From positions 3,655-67,654 of the forward strand of contig JAENYN010000020.1 of the NCBI GenBank assembly GCA_016841765.1: a DNA stretch of 64,000 nt. Direction: 5' to 3'. Shown one piece after another: positions 20,573 through 30,863 of this stretch (position 1 is its first letter; each line of letters opens with the position of its first letter). The position numbers and the translations under genes were made by a program. This DNA is from Guptibacillus hwajinpoensis (lineage in GTDB: Bacteria > Bacillota > Bacilli > Bacillales > Bacillaceae_O). The notes under the pieces were generated by a model. The model saw nothing but the letters and a program-made list of their open reading frames with translations. It was not told where the DNA came from and ran no database searches.

Positions 20573-20631
20573 GGAACGAAAAGCATCCCTTCTCGGGTTG
20601 TAGATGCGTGAAAAAGGGAAGGTGGATAATT

Positions 20632-21738
20632 GTGGAAGTAAAAAGCAGCATTACGAAGTTAAATCCTTATCAGCCCGGTAAATCCGTGCAAGAAGTAAAG
20701 GATGAATTAGGGCTTGATTCAATTACCAAGCTGGCCTCGAATGAAAATCCGTTTGGCTGCTCCGGACTGGCAAGTGAAGCAGTCAAAAAGGCTGCAGACA
20801 TGCTGGCAGTATATCCGGATGGCTCGGCCAGGGAGATCCGGGAAAAGGTTTCTGCAAAACTGGGTGTTTCCAGAGGCCAGCTCATATTCGGAAATGGTTC
20901 TGATGAAGTGATTCAAATCCTATGCCGGGCACTTCTCGACGGCAATTCCAATACGATTATGGCTTCACCGACTTTTCCCCAATATCGGCATAATGCGGTG
21001 ATCGAAGGCGCCGAAGTGAGGGAAATACCGAATGTTGGCGGTGACCATGATCTGGAAGCGATGCTGGCGGCTGCCGATTCTGACACAAAAATCATCTGGC
21101 TCTGTTCCCCGAACAACCCGACAGGCACTTATATCGGCGAGCGCAAGCTTCACCGCTTTTTGGAGCGTGTCCCTTCCGATATTCTTGTTGTCCTTGATGA
21201 GGCCTATTATGAATACGTGACGGCAGAGGATTATCCCGATTCCATTGCGCTGCTGGACACTTATCCGAATCTGATGATTTTAAGGACATTTTCAAAAGCT
21301 TACGGTCTTGCCGGGCTTCGGATCGGATATGGTGTCGGCAATGAAGGATTCATCCGCCAGCTTGAGCCTGCCAGGGAGCCATTCAATGTCAATTCACTCG
21401 CGCAAATTGCGGCTGCCGCCTCTCTTGATGATCCGGACTTTCTGAAGCAAACGAGGAGCAAAAACCGGGACGGCATCACAAAACTTGAGGCGTTTTGCAA
21501 GCGGGTCGGCATCAGTTACTTTCCTTCCCAGGGGAATTTTATGCTTGTCGATTTCCAGCGCGACGGCGATGAAGTATTTGATTACCTTCTTCAAAACGGC
21601 TATATCGTCCGTTCTGGCACAAAACTCGGATACCCTACGAGCGTGCGCGTTACAATCGGGGATGAAAAGACGATGGATGGACTGATTGATGTGCTTGAAC
21701 CGTTCGTCCTGGAGAAAGCCGGGAACAGCGTTGACTAA
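20632..21738 (+). CDS. hisC: Histidinol-phosphate / aromatic aminotransferase
   Basis: KLASNENPFG and the PLP-lysine motif FSKAYGLAGLRIGY. GTG 20632 follows SD gggaaggtgg and gives 368 aa. The upstream 50 codons of the track ORF look non-coding. Confidence 0.93.
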   Translation: MEVKSSITKLNPYQPGKSVQEVKDELGLDSITKLASNENPFGCSGLASEAVKKAADMLAVYPDGSAREIREKVSAKLGVSRGQLIFGNGSDEVIQILCRALLDGNSNTIMASPTFPQYRHNAVIEGAEVREIPNVGGDHDLEAMLAAADSDTKIIWLCSPNNPTGTYIGERKLHRFLERVPSDILVVLDEAYYEYVTAEDYPDSIALLDTYPNLMILRTFSKAYGLAGLRIGYGVGNEGFIRQLEPAREPFNVNSLAQIAAAASLDDPDFLKQTRSKNRDGITKLEAFCKRVGISYFPSQGNFMLVDFQRDGDEVFDYLLQNGYIVRSGTKLGYPTSVRVTIGDEKTMDGLIDVLEPFVLEKAGNSVD

Positions 21739-22834
21739 AAAGGTACTTATCATCGGATTGGGCTTGATCGGCGGGTCGATTGCGCTTGCTGTCAAAAAAG
21801 CTCACCCCGATGCGGACGTTTGCGGATATGACCTGAACGAAGAGCAGCTTCGGCTTGCTGCTGCAAGCCATGTCATTGACCGTTATGTGATGGCGCTTGA
21901 CAAAGAGGCACCGGATGCTGACTTGATTGTCATTTCCGTGCCTGTCATGCAGACCGAAGAAACTATGGATCGGCTTGCCGCCCTCCCTCTTAAAAAAGAT
22001 ACACTTATAACGGATGTCGGAAGCACGAAACAGCACATCATGGAACATGCCGCCATTTTCAAGGATAAAGCCGTTCTCTTTATCGGCGGCCATCCGATGG
22101 CTGGTTCACATAAAAGCGGTGTTGCGGCAGCCAGGGCCCATCTGTTTGAAAATGCATACTATATTCTGACGGCAGCGGATGGTGTGAATGAGTCTGCATA
22201 CGACCAGCTGGAGGAATGGCTGAAAGGGACAGGCGCCAAATTTCTCCGGCTAAAACCGGAGGAACATGACCATGTGGCAGGCGCCATAAGCCATTTCCCC
22301 CACATTGTCGCAGCTGGGCTCGTCCATCAGATTGAGAAGCTGAACAGCGGCAATTCCCTTGTTTCCCGCCTTGCTGCCGGCGGATTTCGTGATATAACAA
22401 GAATCGCCTCAAGCAGTCCGGTCATGTGGAGGGATATTTTAGTACATAACAGAGAAGCGCTCCTGTCGATGTTCGAAGACTGGAAGCAGGAAATGGCCAC
22501 CATCGAAAAAATGATCGAGGAAAGAGACAGCAGAGGCATCCATCATTATTTCAAAGAAGCGAAAGCATTCCGTGATTCCCTGCCAAACCGGGCCAGGGGA
22601 GCCATTCCTTCTTATTATGACCTTTATGTTGACGTACCGGATTACCCGGGCATCATTTCCACGGTGACAGGCATCCTGGCACGTGAAGAACTGAATATCA
22701 CCAATTTAAGAATTCTTGAAACGCGTGAAGACATACTGGGTGTCCTCCGGATAAGTTTCCGGTCAGATGAAGATCGGAGCAGGAGCCAGAAGCTGCTCCA
22801 GCAAAATGGTTATGATACTTTTATTGAAAGTTAA
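21731..22834 (+). CDS. tyrA: Prephenate dehydrogenase with C-terminal ACT domain
   Basis: KVLIIGLGLIGGSIA Rossmann motif and GGHPMAGSHKSG. TTG 21731 overlaps the hisC stop by 8 nt, but the start is inferred. Confidence 0.9.
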   Translation: MTKKVLIIGLGLIGGSIALAVKKAHPDADVCGYDLNEEQLRLAAASHVIDRYVMALDKEAPDADLIVISVPVMQTEETMDRLAALPLKKDTLITDVGSTKQHIMEHAAIFKDKAVLFIGGHPMAGSHKSGVAAARAHLFENAYYILTAADGVNESAYDQLEEWLKGTGAKFLRLKPEEHDHVAGAISHFPHIVAAGLVHQIEKLNSGNSLVSRLAAGGFRDITRIASSSPVMWRDILVHNREALLSMFEDWKQEMATIEKMIEERDSRGIHHYFKEAKAFRDSLPNRARGAIPSYYDLYVDVPDYPGIISTVTGILAREELNITNLRILETREDILGVLRISFRSDEDRSRSQKLLQQNGYDTFIES

Positions 22835-22846
22835 AGGGAGGATAAT

Positions 22847-24139
22847 ATGAAAGCGATCCGTTTAAAGCCTGCTGAAACCGGCTTGCATGGAACAATCCAT
22901 ATACCAGGCGATAAATCCATTTCGCACCGTGCTGTCATGCTCGGCTCCATTGCTAGGGGGAAGACGGTCATATCAAACTTTCTGGCCGGCGCAGACTGCC
23001 TGAGTACGATTTCCTGTTTTCAAAAAATGGGTGTGGACATTCAGCGGTTTGGTGACCGGGTCGAAATTACCGGTTCAGGAAGGGACGGCCTTAAAGAACC
23101 GGAAGAGGTGCTTGATGTCGGAAACAGCGGCACAACGATCAGGCTGATGCTCGGCATATTGGCATCCCGGCCGTTTCATGCCGTCATAACCGGAGACTCG
23201 TCAATTGCCGGGCGGCCGATGCGCCGTGTCACCGGACCGCTGACAGAGATGGGAGCCCGGATAGACGGACGGAGCCATGGCGGATTCACGCCCCTTTCCA
23301 TTAGAGGGGGGAATCTGCAAGGGCTGGACTACAACTCACCGGTTGCCAGCGCCCAGGTCAAGTCAGCCGTGATGCTGGCCGGCCTTGGAGCAGAGGGTGT
23401 CACTTCTGTTACAGAACCGTTCAAGTCAAGGGATCATACTGAGCGCATGCTTGCCGCCTACGGTATAAAAATCGAGAAAGAGGGATTGACAGTCAAAGTG
23501 GCTGGGGGTCAGACACTGGAAGGAAGGGACATTCATGTACCCGGAGATATCTCTTCAGCCGCATTTTTTCTTGCTGCCGGGGCCGTTACGCCTGACAGTG
23601 AAATTTTATTGAAGAATGTGGGGATCAATCCGACGCGATCCGGCATTCTCGATGTGCTTAAGAAAATGGGGGCTGATCTCACAGTGACCAATGAACGGTC
23701 ACAAAATGAAGAGCCTGTTGCAGACCTGCGCATCAGGACTTCCGAACTGAAAGCAGTCGAAATCGGCGGGGACCTCATTCCCCGGCTGATCGATGAAATC
23801 CCGATTATCGCCCTTCTTGCAACCCAGGCCGATGGTGAAACGGTTATCAAAGACGCCGCAGAGCTTAAGGTGAAAGAGACAAACAGGATTGATACAGTTG
23901 TCAGTCAGCTGAAACGTCTCGGTGCAGACATCCGGGGAACTGAGGATGGAATGGTCATTAACGGCAAAACCCCGCTGACAGGAGCTGTCACGGACAGTTT
24001 CAGCGATCATAGGATCGGCATGATGAATGCGGTCGCCTCATGCATCACAGATGGCATGGTCACGGTCATGAACAGTGATGCTGCAGCTGTCAGCTATCCT
24101 GGTTTTTATGAAGACCTTGCGTATTTGAAAGGTGAATGA
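22847..24139 (+). CDS. aroA: 3-phosphoshikimate 1-carboxyvinyltransferase (EPSP synthase)
   Basis: 430 aa. PGDKSISHR and [12 protein letters not shown] motifs. This gene is aroE in B. subtilis nomenclature. Confidence 0.97.
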   Translation: MKAIRLKPAETGLHGTIHIPGDKSISHRAVMLGSIARGKTVISNFLAGADCLSTISCFQKMGVDIQRFGDRVEITGSGRDGLKEPEEVLDVGNSGTTIRLMLGILASRPFHAVITGDSSIAGRPMRRVTGPLTEMGARIDGRSHGGFTPLSIRGGNLQGLDYNSPVASAQVKSAVMLAGLGAEGVTSVTEPFKSRDHTERMLAAYGIKIEKEGLTVKVAGGQTLEGRDIHVPGDISSAAFFLAAGAVTPDSEILLKNVGINPTRSGILDVLKKMGADLTVTNERSQNEEPVADLRIRTSELKAVEIGGDLIPRLIDEIPIIALLATQADGETVIKDAAELKVKETNRIDTVVSQLKRLGADIRGTEDGMVINGKTPLTGAVTDSFSDHRIGMMNAVASCITDGMVTVMNSDAAAVSYPGFYEDLAYLKGE

Positions 24140-24249
24140 TCCTTTCAGCTGCTAAGTTGCGGCTGTTGATGCCGTCTGTGGAACAGCATGGGCATGTTTC
24201 GCTGCGGTTTTTAAAAACATGGATGAAGGGAGTCTTGCCTCTTCATGGA

Positions 24250-24346
24250 AAGAGGCTGGGTGATAAGTGTTTCAGCTAATGATAAACCCGAACGGTTAGG
24301 TAAGATTTCAATGAATCTTTCCCCTGACCGTTCGGGTCTTTATTTC
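24250..24346 (+). repeat. Dispersed about 95-bp element, copy 1, carrying a terminator-like hairpin
   Basis: aagaggctggg..ataagt.tttcagc.aatgataaacccgaacg.ttaggt...caatgaatctttcccctgaccgttcgggtctttattt recurs at 40990-41085 in the same orientation. Stem cccgaacggt/accgttcggg (24287-24336) is followed by a T-rich tail. Confidence 0.85.
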
Positions 24347-24474
24347 TGTTAAGGAAATTTGCGTGAGATGAGCCCTCCGCTATCTTTTTATCCAGAATGA
24401 TCTGTTTCCTTCATAGATTCTTGAATATTCTCATAATTTTTATTATGGAATCGTTTTGGACAAGGAGGGGCTGT

Positions 24475-25368
24475 ATGGAGATTATTCTGGAAAATGCGAA
24501 AGACGGCAATGAGCGGAGGCAGACGTTTTTGGTAAAAGATGAAAAGGTGGTCATGCGGCGCACTGAGGACATGCGGTTGAATCATTTGAAAGTGGACCTG
24601 TCATCTTTTAGGATAGAACCTGGCATCGTTTCCTACTATCCGCAATTACAAGAAAGCATGTCGCCGCAGGCCTTCAAAAGGCAGCAGGCTGCCCTGATCA
24701 AAAATGGAGTGACTACCGTTGTCACAACGGCAGACGTGCACTGGGAGCGAGAACTCGATCGTGCCGTAAAAACAGCGAGGCACAGGATGGTGAACAGTTC
24801 GCTTGATTATGTGATCGGTGTGACGGTCCCATTAAAAAGGCTGACTCCATTTTTTATCAGAAACTGCAGGAAAAAAGGGATACCGTTCATCCGGGTGTCT
24901 GTTGATTCGCATGAGGAAATCGTTTCAGCTAAATGGGGATGGCTCAAAGAAGCCATGTACCCAAATCCGCCTGCGTTTTATCCTTATTTCAAGAACATAA
25001 AAAATAACCGCGAACGGAAAAAGCTAATAAAAGAATGGGACAAACATATGGATGACCATGGATTGAACGGGAAACTGCACCTGCAAGAAGGCCCGCTTCA
25101 AAAACCGATTCTTAAGCAAATCGGGATCTATCCGCACAAAGGGGAATTGATTCAGCAGGCTGACCTGGATTACAATTTATATTATACCGGTTACCGGGAG
25201 AGGCAACGGGCTGGCGGGATATCGGAAGAAGGCCGCCCGGCTCAGGACGTCCCTGATGTCACCTATTTGCGCGGCGTCATGCTCCAGGGAGGGCAGCATG
25301 TGCGCATCCGGCCCGGTTACGGTAAGGAACTCAACATTCGGCTGCCGGGGTACTTTGCAAGCTACTGA
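24475..25368 (+). CDS. Uncharacterised protein with degenerate amidohydrolase-like termini
   Basis: ATG 24475 follows SD aaggagggg and gives 297 aa. The N-terminus (IILENAKDG...FLVKDEKVV...EPGIVSYYPQL) and C-terminus (GELIQQADLDYNLY...YLRGVMLQGGQHV) follow the pattern of the amidohydrolase composite domain, but no HxH is present. Confidence 0.6.
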   Translation: MEIILENAKDGNERRQTFLVKDEKVVMRRTEDMRLNHLKVDLSSFRIEPGIVSYYPQLQESMSPQAFKRQQAALIKNGVTTVVTTADVHWERELDRAVKTARHRMVNSSLDYVIGVTVPLKRLTPFFIRNCRKKGIPFIRVSVDSHEEIVSAKWGWLKEAMYPNPPAFYPYFKNIKNNRERKKLIKEWDKHMDDHGLNGKLHLQEGPLQKPILKQIGIYPHKGELIQQADLDYNLYYTGYRERQRAGGISEEGRPAQDVPDVTYLRGVMLQGGQHVRIRPGYGKELNIRLPGYFASY

Positions 25369-25394
25369 TAAGGCAGTGTGAAAGGAAGTCGTTT

Positions 25395-26663
25395 ATGGCA
25401 CGAATAGAAGAGGCACTGGAGTTCATCCAGCAAGGGGATACTGAAAAAGGCTTATTCCTCCTTGAAGAAATCAATAAGAACGGGTCACATGAAGAACAAT
25501 ATGAAATTGCGAAGACATATTATGAGCTCGGTCTTGCCGACCGTGCAAAAGCGATTGTCGACAGCTTGCTCCTCCTTTATCCTGATGAGGGTGAGTTGTA
25601 TCTCTTTTCGGCAGAACTATCCATTGACCTGGAACAGGAAGATGAAGCCCTTGATATGTTAAATGAAGTGGGGGAAACGGATCCCGTTTATGTCCAGGCA
25701 CTGCTTCTGATGGCGGACTTATACCAGATGCAGGGCCTTGATGAGGTGGCGGAGCAAAAGCTCATTGCAGCCCGCCGGATTCTTCCGGACGAGCCGATTA
25801 TCGACTTTGGACTCGCAGAGTTTTATCTGGCCCAGGGGGATTACCAAAAAAGCATTCCGGCTTATCGGAGAGTGCTGCAAAGCGATGAGAAAATCGGCGA
25901 TGTCAACGTTCATCTCCGGCTTGCGGAAGCCTTGAGCACAGGCGGTGATTTTGAAGAAGCCCTTGATCATTATGAAAAGGGCCTTGACGATAAACTTGAA
26001 ATTAACGCTTTGTTCGGTTATGCGTTCACCGCCTTCCAGGCAGAACGTTACAGAATAGCGATTCAGAAATTCGAAGAGTTAAAAGATATCGATCCGGCTT
26101 ATACACCGCTATATTTATATCTTGCTATGGCCTATGAAGAAGAGGGCGCCTATGCCGAAGCCTATGAAGCGATTACAGCCGGGCTTGGACAGGATGAATA
26201 CAATAAGGAAATGTTTTATTATGCCGCCCAGGCGGCTGCCAGAATGGGGAATCAAGAAGAGGCGGAAGCGCATCTGAAAGATGCAATCGCGCTCGATCCG
26301 GGGTATACAGATGCGCTGATTATGCTGTCTGACCAATATTTCAAGCAGGACAGGCATGAGGATGTGATCGAACTGCTGGAGCATGCCGGCTCGTTCGGCG
26401 AAACGGACCCGCGGTTTGAATGGTATCTGGCCCGGGCGAAAAACGAAATGGAATATTTTAGGGAAGCATTAAAACATTATGAGTCTGCATATACTTTCTT
26501 TAAAGAAAATGCATCTTTTTTAGCAGAGTACGGTGCATTCTTATTGGAAGAAGGGCGCCGTCCGGACGCGCTTGAAGTGTTGAAAAGCGCTGCTGCAATC
26601 GATCCGGATAATATGGAAATCCAGGACATTGTCCGCAGCCTGACTGATGATTTAAACAACTGA
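25395..26663 (+). CDS. TPR-repeat protein YpiA-like
   Basis: 422 aa with repeated 34-aa A/Y/L-rich TPR-like units. Syntenic with B. subtilis ypiA. Confidence 0.85.
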   Translation: MARIEEALEFIQQGDTEKGLFLLEEINKNGSHEEQYEIAKTYYELGLADRAKAIVDSLLLLYPDEGELYLFSAELSIDLEQEDEALDMLNEVGETDPVYVQALLLMADLYQMQGLDEVAEQKLIAARRILPDEPIIDFGLAEFYLAQGDYQKSIPAYRRVLQSDEKIGDVNVHLRLAEALSTGGDFEEALDHYEKGLDDKLEINALFGYAFTAFQAERYRIAIQKFEELKDIDPAYTPLYLYLAMAYEEEGAYAEAYEAITAGLGQDEYNKEMFYYAAQAAARMGNQEEAEAHLKDAIALDPGYTDALIMLSDQYFKQDRHEDVIELLEHAGSFGETDPRFEWYLARAKNEMEYFREALKHYESAYTFFKENASFLAEYGAFLLEEGRRPDALEVLKSAAAIDPDNMEIQDIVRSLTDDLNN

Positions 26664-26734
26664 AGAAAAAGAAGGAATTGCCGGCTGTCCATCGAATTAT
26701 TATTCAAAGAGGGTTGGACGAGGAGGGAAGAGGA

Positions 26735-27271
26735 ATGACCAGTTCAGTCACCGTGAGTGAAAAGAAGGATTTCATTCGCTGGTTTTTGAATCACCATCAG
26801 CTGAAAAAAAGAGAATGTGTATGGATTTTGAACTACTTAATGAGTCACGAACAGCTTTTGCAGCAAGTTCATTTTGTTGAAGAAGCTCGTCATACACCAA
26901 GAGGGATTGTCATGTCGACGGATGATGTGGAAGATGTGCCGTTTCGGTTCTATAAAGAAAACATTATGACTACAGACGTAGAAAAGTCCTTTCATGATAT
27001 TCGCTTAAACCGGGATGAACCGGTGTATATCCAGTTGAATTTCCAAGGAGCCTTCCACTCTCCCCATTATGTACTCGTGTTAGAAGATAACCCTTACGTG
27101 CCGTCCATCGCGGTCACAACTGAAAAAGACAGGATCGTGGCGGAACGTTTCCTTCAGGAATCGATCAACTCATTCCGAAAAAAGGAAATATTGAGAGAGA
27201 TTGATGAAGCGCTGGACAAAAATGACCGTGTTACATTTAAAAAGCTGACGAGGGAATTAAGGATGCTTTAA
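26735..27271 (+). CDS. UPF0302 protein YpiB-like (C-terminal IDEAL domain)
   Basis: ATG 26735 follows SD aggaggg. [23 protein letters not shown], and the IDEAL motif is literally present (REIDEALD). Confidence 0.85.
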   Translation: MTSSVTVSEKKDFIRWFLNHHQLKKRECVWILNYLMSHEQLLQQVHFVEEARHTPRGIVMSTDDVEDVPFRFYKENIMTTDVEKSFHDIRLNRDEPVYIQLNFQGAFHSPHYVLVLEDNPYVPSIAVTTEKDRIVAERFLQESINSFRKKEILREIDEALDKNDRVTFKKLTRELRML

Positions 27272-27300
27272 CCTCCGGATAAGCCGGGGGTTTGTTTTTT
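27270..27300 (+). terminator. Intrinsic terminator after the ypiB-like gene
   Basis: 9-bp stem aacctccgg/ccgggggtt (one G-U pair), loop ataag, then tgttttttg. Confidence 0.75.
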
Positions 27301-27356
27301 GTCCCGGCAAATGGTTAAAATGGAGAGGGAATGATAGAGGAAAAGAGGTGAAGGAC

Positions 27357-27833
27357 ATGAATTGGAACCCGAAAGATGTAGAGATGTTCTTGCAGGCGAA
27401 GGAGTATGTCGACACAGCAGTCATCCCGCTCCTGCCTGTTTCCCTTGGAAAAGCGGCCCGGGAAACGGCGGCGATGGGTGAATTCACAGCTGCACTTGCT
27501 GCGGAAGTCGAACGGGAGTACAGGGGGCGCATCCTGAATATGCCGCCTTTCACCTATTTGGCGGATGAAAGCCGGGCAGAGCTTGCGAACCGACTGGAAT
27601 CGTGGGAAGAAGAGATTCGCGCTGAAGGCGTGGCACATGTTTTTTACATAACAGCCGACAGCATATGGAAGAGTATGGAAGACGGGCTTGCGGGTGAATT
27701 GATCTGGGTTCCATCGGTGGATCTCGGTTCAATTGACGGAGCGGCGGCCCGGCAGCTTTTAAGCGGGCAGGCCGGACAGCTGCAGCAGCTGATCAGCGGC
27801 ATCTGGAAAGAAAAGGAATCATCTTCAAATTAA
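27357..27833 (+). CDS. YpiF-like protein (DUF2487)
   Basis: MNWNPKDVEMFLQAKEYVDTAVIPLLPVS is typical of YpiF. SD agaggtg lies 6 nt upstream of ATG 27357. Confidence 0.8.
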   Translation: MNWNPKDVEMFLQAKEYVDTAVIPLLPVSLGKAARETAAMGEFTAALAAEVEREYRGRILNMPPFTYLADESRAELANRLESWEEEIRAEGVAHVFYITADSIWKSMEDGLAGELIWVPSVDLGSIDGAAARQLLSGQAGQLQQLISGIWKEKESSSN

Positions 27834-27865
27834 TGGTTTCCATCGTAAGCGGCATGATAATATTA

Positions 27866-27894
27866 TTGACCGATAACAAATATTGCGCTATCAT
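27866..27894 (+). promoter_or_regulatory. Sigma-A promoter candidate for qcrABC
   Basis: TTGACC-17-TATCAT. Confidence 0.5.
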
Positions 27895-27971
27895 AGGTAT
27901 GTCCTAGTTATATGTGTGTTGTTGAACAGCGTCCGACCGGACTTAAATTCAGCAATAGAGGGGGGAAAACC

Positions 27972-28484
27972 ATGAGTGATAAACAGCAGCATCGGGTATC
28001 GAGACGCCAATTCCTGAACTACACGCTGACAGGTGTAGGCGGTTTCATGGCTGCCGGTATGTTAATGCCGATGGTCCGATTCGCCGTTGACCCGGTTTTG
28101 AAAAAGGGCGAAGGCGGCGATATGATTGCGGTGATGGACGTGAAAAAGATCACCGCCGAACCGCAGCGCGTCGATTTTAAAGTGAAACAGGTTGACGGAT
28201 GGTATGAATCTGAAGAACCGAAATCCGCGTGGGTGTTCAAGCAGGAAAATGGTGACATCCTGGCGTTATCTCCAATTTGTAAACACCTTGGCTGTACGGT
28301 TGACTGGAATTCAGATCCGTCCAATCCGAATCGTTTCTTCTGTCCGTGCCATTACGGATTGTATGAAAAGAACGGTGAAAACGTGCCTGGCACCCCGCCT
28401 CCACAGCCGTTGGATGTTTATGAAATGAAAGTGAAAGACGGCAAGCTTTATCTCGGCCAACCAAAAGAAAGACAGGAGGTGTAA
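27972..28484 (+). CDS. qcrA: Menaquinol:cytochrome c reductase Rieske iron-sulfur subunit
   Basis: Twin-arginine signal SRRQFLNY. Rieske boxes CKHLGC and CPCHYG. ATG 27972 follows SD agagggggg. Confidence 0.95.
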   Translation: MSDKQQHRVSRRQFLNYTLTGVGGFMAAGMLMPMVRFAVDPVLKKGEGGDMIAVMDVKKITAEPQRVDFKVKQVDGWYESEEPKSAWVFKQENGDILALSPICKHLGCTVDWNSDPSNPNRFFCPCHYGLYEKNGENVPGTPPPQPLDVYEMKVKDGKLYLGQPKERQEV

Positions 28485-28490
28485 TGCACA

Positions 28491-29165
28491 ATGCTTACTA
28501 GAATCTATGATTGGGTTGATGAACGGCTTGACATTACACCGCTATGGCGTGATATTGCCGATCATGAAGTGCCCGAGCACGTCAATCCAGCCCATCATTT
28601 TTCCGCATTCGTATATTGTTTTGGCGGGCTGACCTTCTTCATTACGGTTATTCAAATTTTATCAGGCATGTTTTTGACGATGTATTATGTGCCGGATATC
28701 AAAAATGCATGGGAATCCGTGTATTACCTGCAAAATGAGGTTGCTTTCGGTGTAATTGTCCGCGGAATGCACCATTGGGGCGCCAGTCTTGTCATTGTCA
28801 TGATGTTTTTACATACACTGCGCGTCTTTTTCCAGGGAGCGTATAAAAAACCGAGGGAGCTTAACTGGATAGTGGGAGTTCTCATTTTCTTCGTTATGCT
28901 TGGCCTTGGCTTTACCGGTTACCTCCTGCCATGGGACATGAAAGCGTTGTTTGCGACAAAAGTAGGCCTGCAGATTGCCGAGGCGACTCCGGTAATCGGT
29001 ACAGCTGTCAAGACACTGTTAGCGGGTGACGCCCATATTGTCGGCGCCCAGACACTGACACGGTTTTTCGCGATTCACGTATTCTTCCTGCCGGGAGCTT
29101 TGCTAGGCCTGATGGCGGCACACTTCCTGATGATCCGCAAACAGGGTATTTCAGGTCCGTTGTAA
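28491..29165 (+). CDS. qcrB: Menaquinol:cytochrome c reductase cytochrome b subunit
   Basis: 224 aa, cytochrome b6-like, with conserved His in TM helices (MHHWGAS, FFAIHVFFLP). Confidence 0.96.
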   Translation: MLTRIYDWVDERLDITPLWRDIADHEVPEHVNPAHHFSAFVYCFGGLTFFITVIQILSGMFLTMYYVPDIKNAWESVYYLQNEVAFGVIVRGMHHWGASLVIVMMFLHTLRVFFQGAYKKPRELNWIVGVLIFFVMLGLGFTGYLLPWDMKALFATKVGLQIAEATPVIGTAVKTLLAGDAHIVGAQTLTRFFAIHVFFLPGALLGLMAAHFLMIRKQGISGPL

Positions 29166-29198
29166 GAATCGGTTTTCAAACATAAAGGAGGGAAGAAT

Positions 29199-29960
29199 AT
29201 GCACCGAGGAAAAGGGATGAAGTTTGTCGGCGATTCCCGTGTTCCGGCTGAGCGTAAGCCGAATATCCCGAAGGACTATTCGGAATATCCCGGAAAAACG
29301 GAAGCCTTCTGGCCAAACTTCCTCTTGAAAGAATGGATGGTTGGTGCTGTATTTTTAATCGGATATTTAAGTTTGACAGTTGCACATCCGTCGCCGCTGG
29401 AACGTATGGCAGACCCGACGGATACTGGATACATTCCGCTTCCGGACTGGTATTTCCTGTTCCTGTACCAGCTGCTGAAGTATCAGTTTGCTTCCGGCCC
29501 ATATACGGTCGTAGGGGCGATCATCATGCCGGGTATCGCCTTTGGTGCTTTGATGCTTGCACCGTGGCTTGACCGGGGGCCTCAACGGCGTCCGTCCAAG
29601 CGTCCGGTTGCTGTAAGCTTGATGCTTTTGGGCCTCGTCTCCATCGTATTCCTGACCTGGGAATCAGTCGTGACGCATGACTGGGAAAAAGCCGAGGCAC
29701 AGGGTAAAATTGTGACGACTGAAATCGATAAGGAATCGGAAGGTTATCAAATATACAGCCAGCAGACATGTGTCGGCTGTCACGGCGACAGCCTTGGCGG
29801 CGGTGCTGCAGGTCCGTCTCTGATCGGGACAGGACTGAAACCTGAAGAAATTGCCGATATCGCCAAAAACGGTAAAGGCCAAATGCCTGCTGACCAGTTC
29901 AAGGGATCTGAAGAAGAGCTGAAAAAACTTTCTGAATTCATTGCGGGACTTGAAGAATAA
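29199..29960 (+). CDS. qcrC: Menaquinol:cytochrome c reductase cytochrome b/c subunit
   Basis: N-terminal subunit-IV-like TM region fused to a c-type cytochrome domain with CVGCH. Confidence 0.95.
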   Translation: MHRGKGMKFVGDSRVPAERKPNIPKDYSEYPGKTEAFWPNFLLKEWMVGAVFLIGYLSLTVAHPSPLERMADPTDTGYIPLPDWYFLFLYQLLKYQFASGPYTVVGAIIMPGIAFGALMLAPWLDRGPQRRPSKRPVAVSLMLLGLVSIVFLTWESVVTHDWEKAEAQGKIVTTEIDKESEGYQIYSQQTCVGCHGDSLGGGAAGPSLIGTGLKPEEIADIAKNGKGQMPADQFKGSEEELKKLSEFIAGLEE

Positions 29961-29974
29961 TAAGATGCACTTTA

Positions 29975-30007
29975 TGGAAAAGCTGACTGGAAAAGTCAGC
30001 TTTTTCC
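29975..30007 (+). terminator. Intrinsic terminator after qcrC
   Basis: Stem aaagctgact/agtcagcttt, loop ggaaa, short T-run. Confidence 0.75.
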
Positions 30008-30091
30008 ACGTTGAAGAACCTGTATTGGTCACTGTTCGGCATGGTGCTGCACCGGTTCCATGACGCATTTCCATAATAAAGGAGAATAGAG

Positions 30092-30685
30092 ATGGCATCA
30101 TACATACAGCTATTAAGCCACAGGTCGTTCCTGCTCTTTTTGCTGGCTGTCAACATCGCCGGAACGGTTTACGGGTATATTTGGTACGGCTACCAGCTTG
30201 CCGACACGCCGCCGCTGTTTCTGATATTTGTGCCTGACAGCCCGACGGCAAGCCTGTTTTTTGTCTTTGTCCTTGCCGCTTTTTTATTCAAAAAAAATAT
30301 TCCGCTCATAGAAGCCCTTGCCATATTGACACTTTTCAAATACGGAATATGGGCGGTTGTCATGAATTTGCTTGTTTTGAATGTGTCAGGAAGCCTGCCC
30401 TGGGAAGGGTATATGCTGATCGCATCGCACTTTGCCATGGCGGTTCAGGGGATTTTGTATGCGCCTTTTTACCGGATTAAAATCCCGCACCTGGTCATTG
30501 CGGCTGTGTGGACACTTCATAACGATGTCATTGATTATGTTTTCGGAATGATGCCAAGGTACAGCCGGCTGAGCGAATTCACGGCGGAAATCGGCTATTT
30601 CACATTCTGGCTCAGCATTGCGGCGATTTTCATAACATATTACTTCGGTCTAAGGGACAGCAGGCTTAAGCTCAAGTTTTATTAA
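30092..30685 (+). CDS. Integral membrane protein YpjA-like (DUF1405)
   Basis: 197 aa with about 6 TM segments. Syntenic after qcrC. Confidence 0.8.
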   Translation: MASYIQLLSHRSFLLFLLAVNIAGTVYGYIWYGYQLADTPPLFLIFVPDSPTASLFFVFVLAAFLFKKNIPLIEALAILTLFKYGIWAVVMNLLVLNVSGSLPWEGYMLIASHFAMAVQGILYAPFYRIKIPHLVIAAVWTLHNDVIDYVFGMMPRYSRLSEFTAEIGYFTFWLSIAAIFITYYFGLRDSRLKLKFY

Positions 30686-30863
30686 AATCAGCCTTCTTGA
30701 AAGACTGTCGGGTTGATTCCGCTCTCCGGGCAGGAGATGCATTGCAGAAGGCGGCTCATTGGCCGACAGGCAGTTTATATCCAGACAGTTACACTGCGGC
30801 AAATAAGAGGTCTACTCTTGTACACCTCCTCATACGATGTAGTAATCTGGAGGAGGGACAAGT

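Noticed and set aside
20482-20631. N-terminal 50-codon extension of hisC in the track ORF, and a possible T-box or TRAP-binding leader in the aroH-hisC spacer
   Set aside because: The extension has no similarity to HisC N-termini and contains a promoter-like sequence. A good SD precedes GTG 20632. No T-box core and no spaced GAG/UAG triplets are visible.
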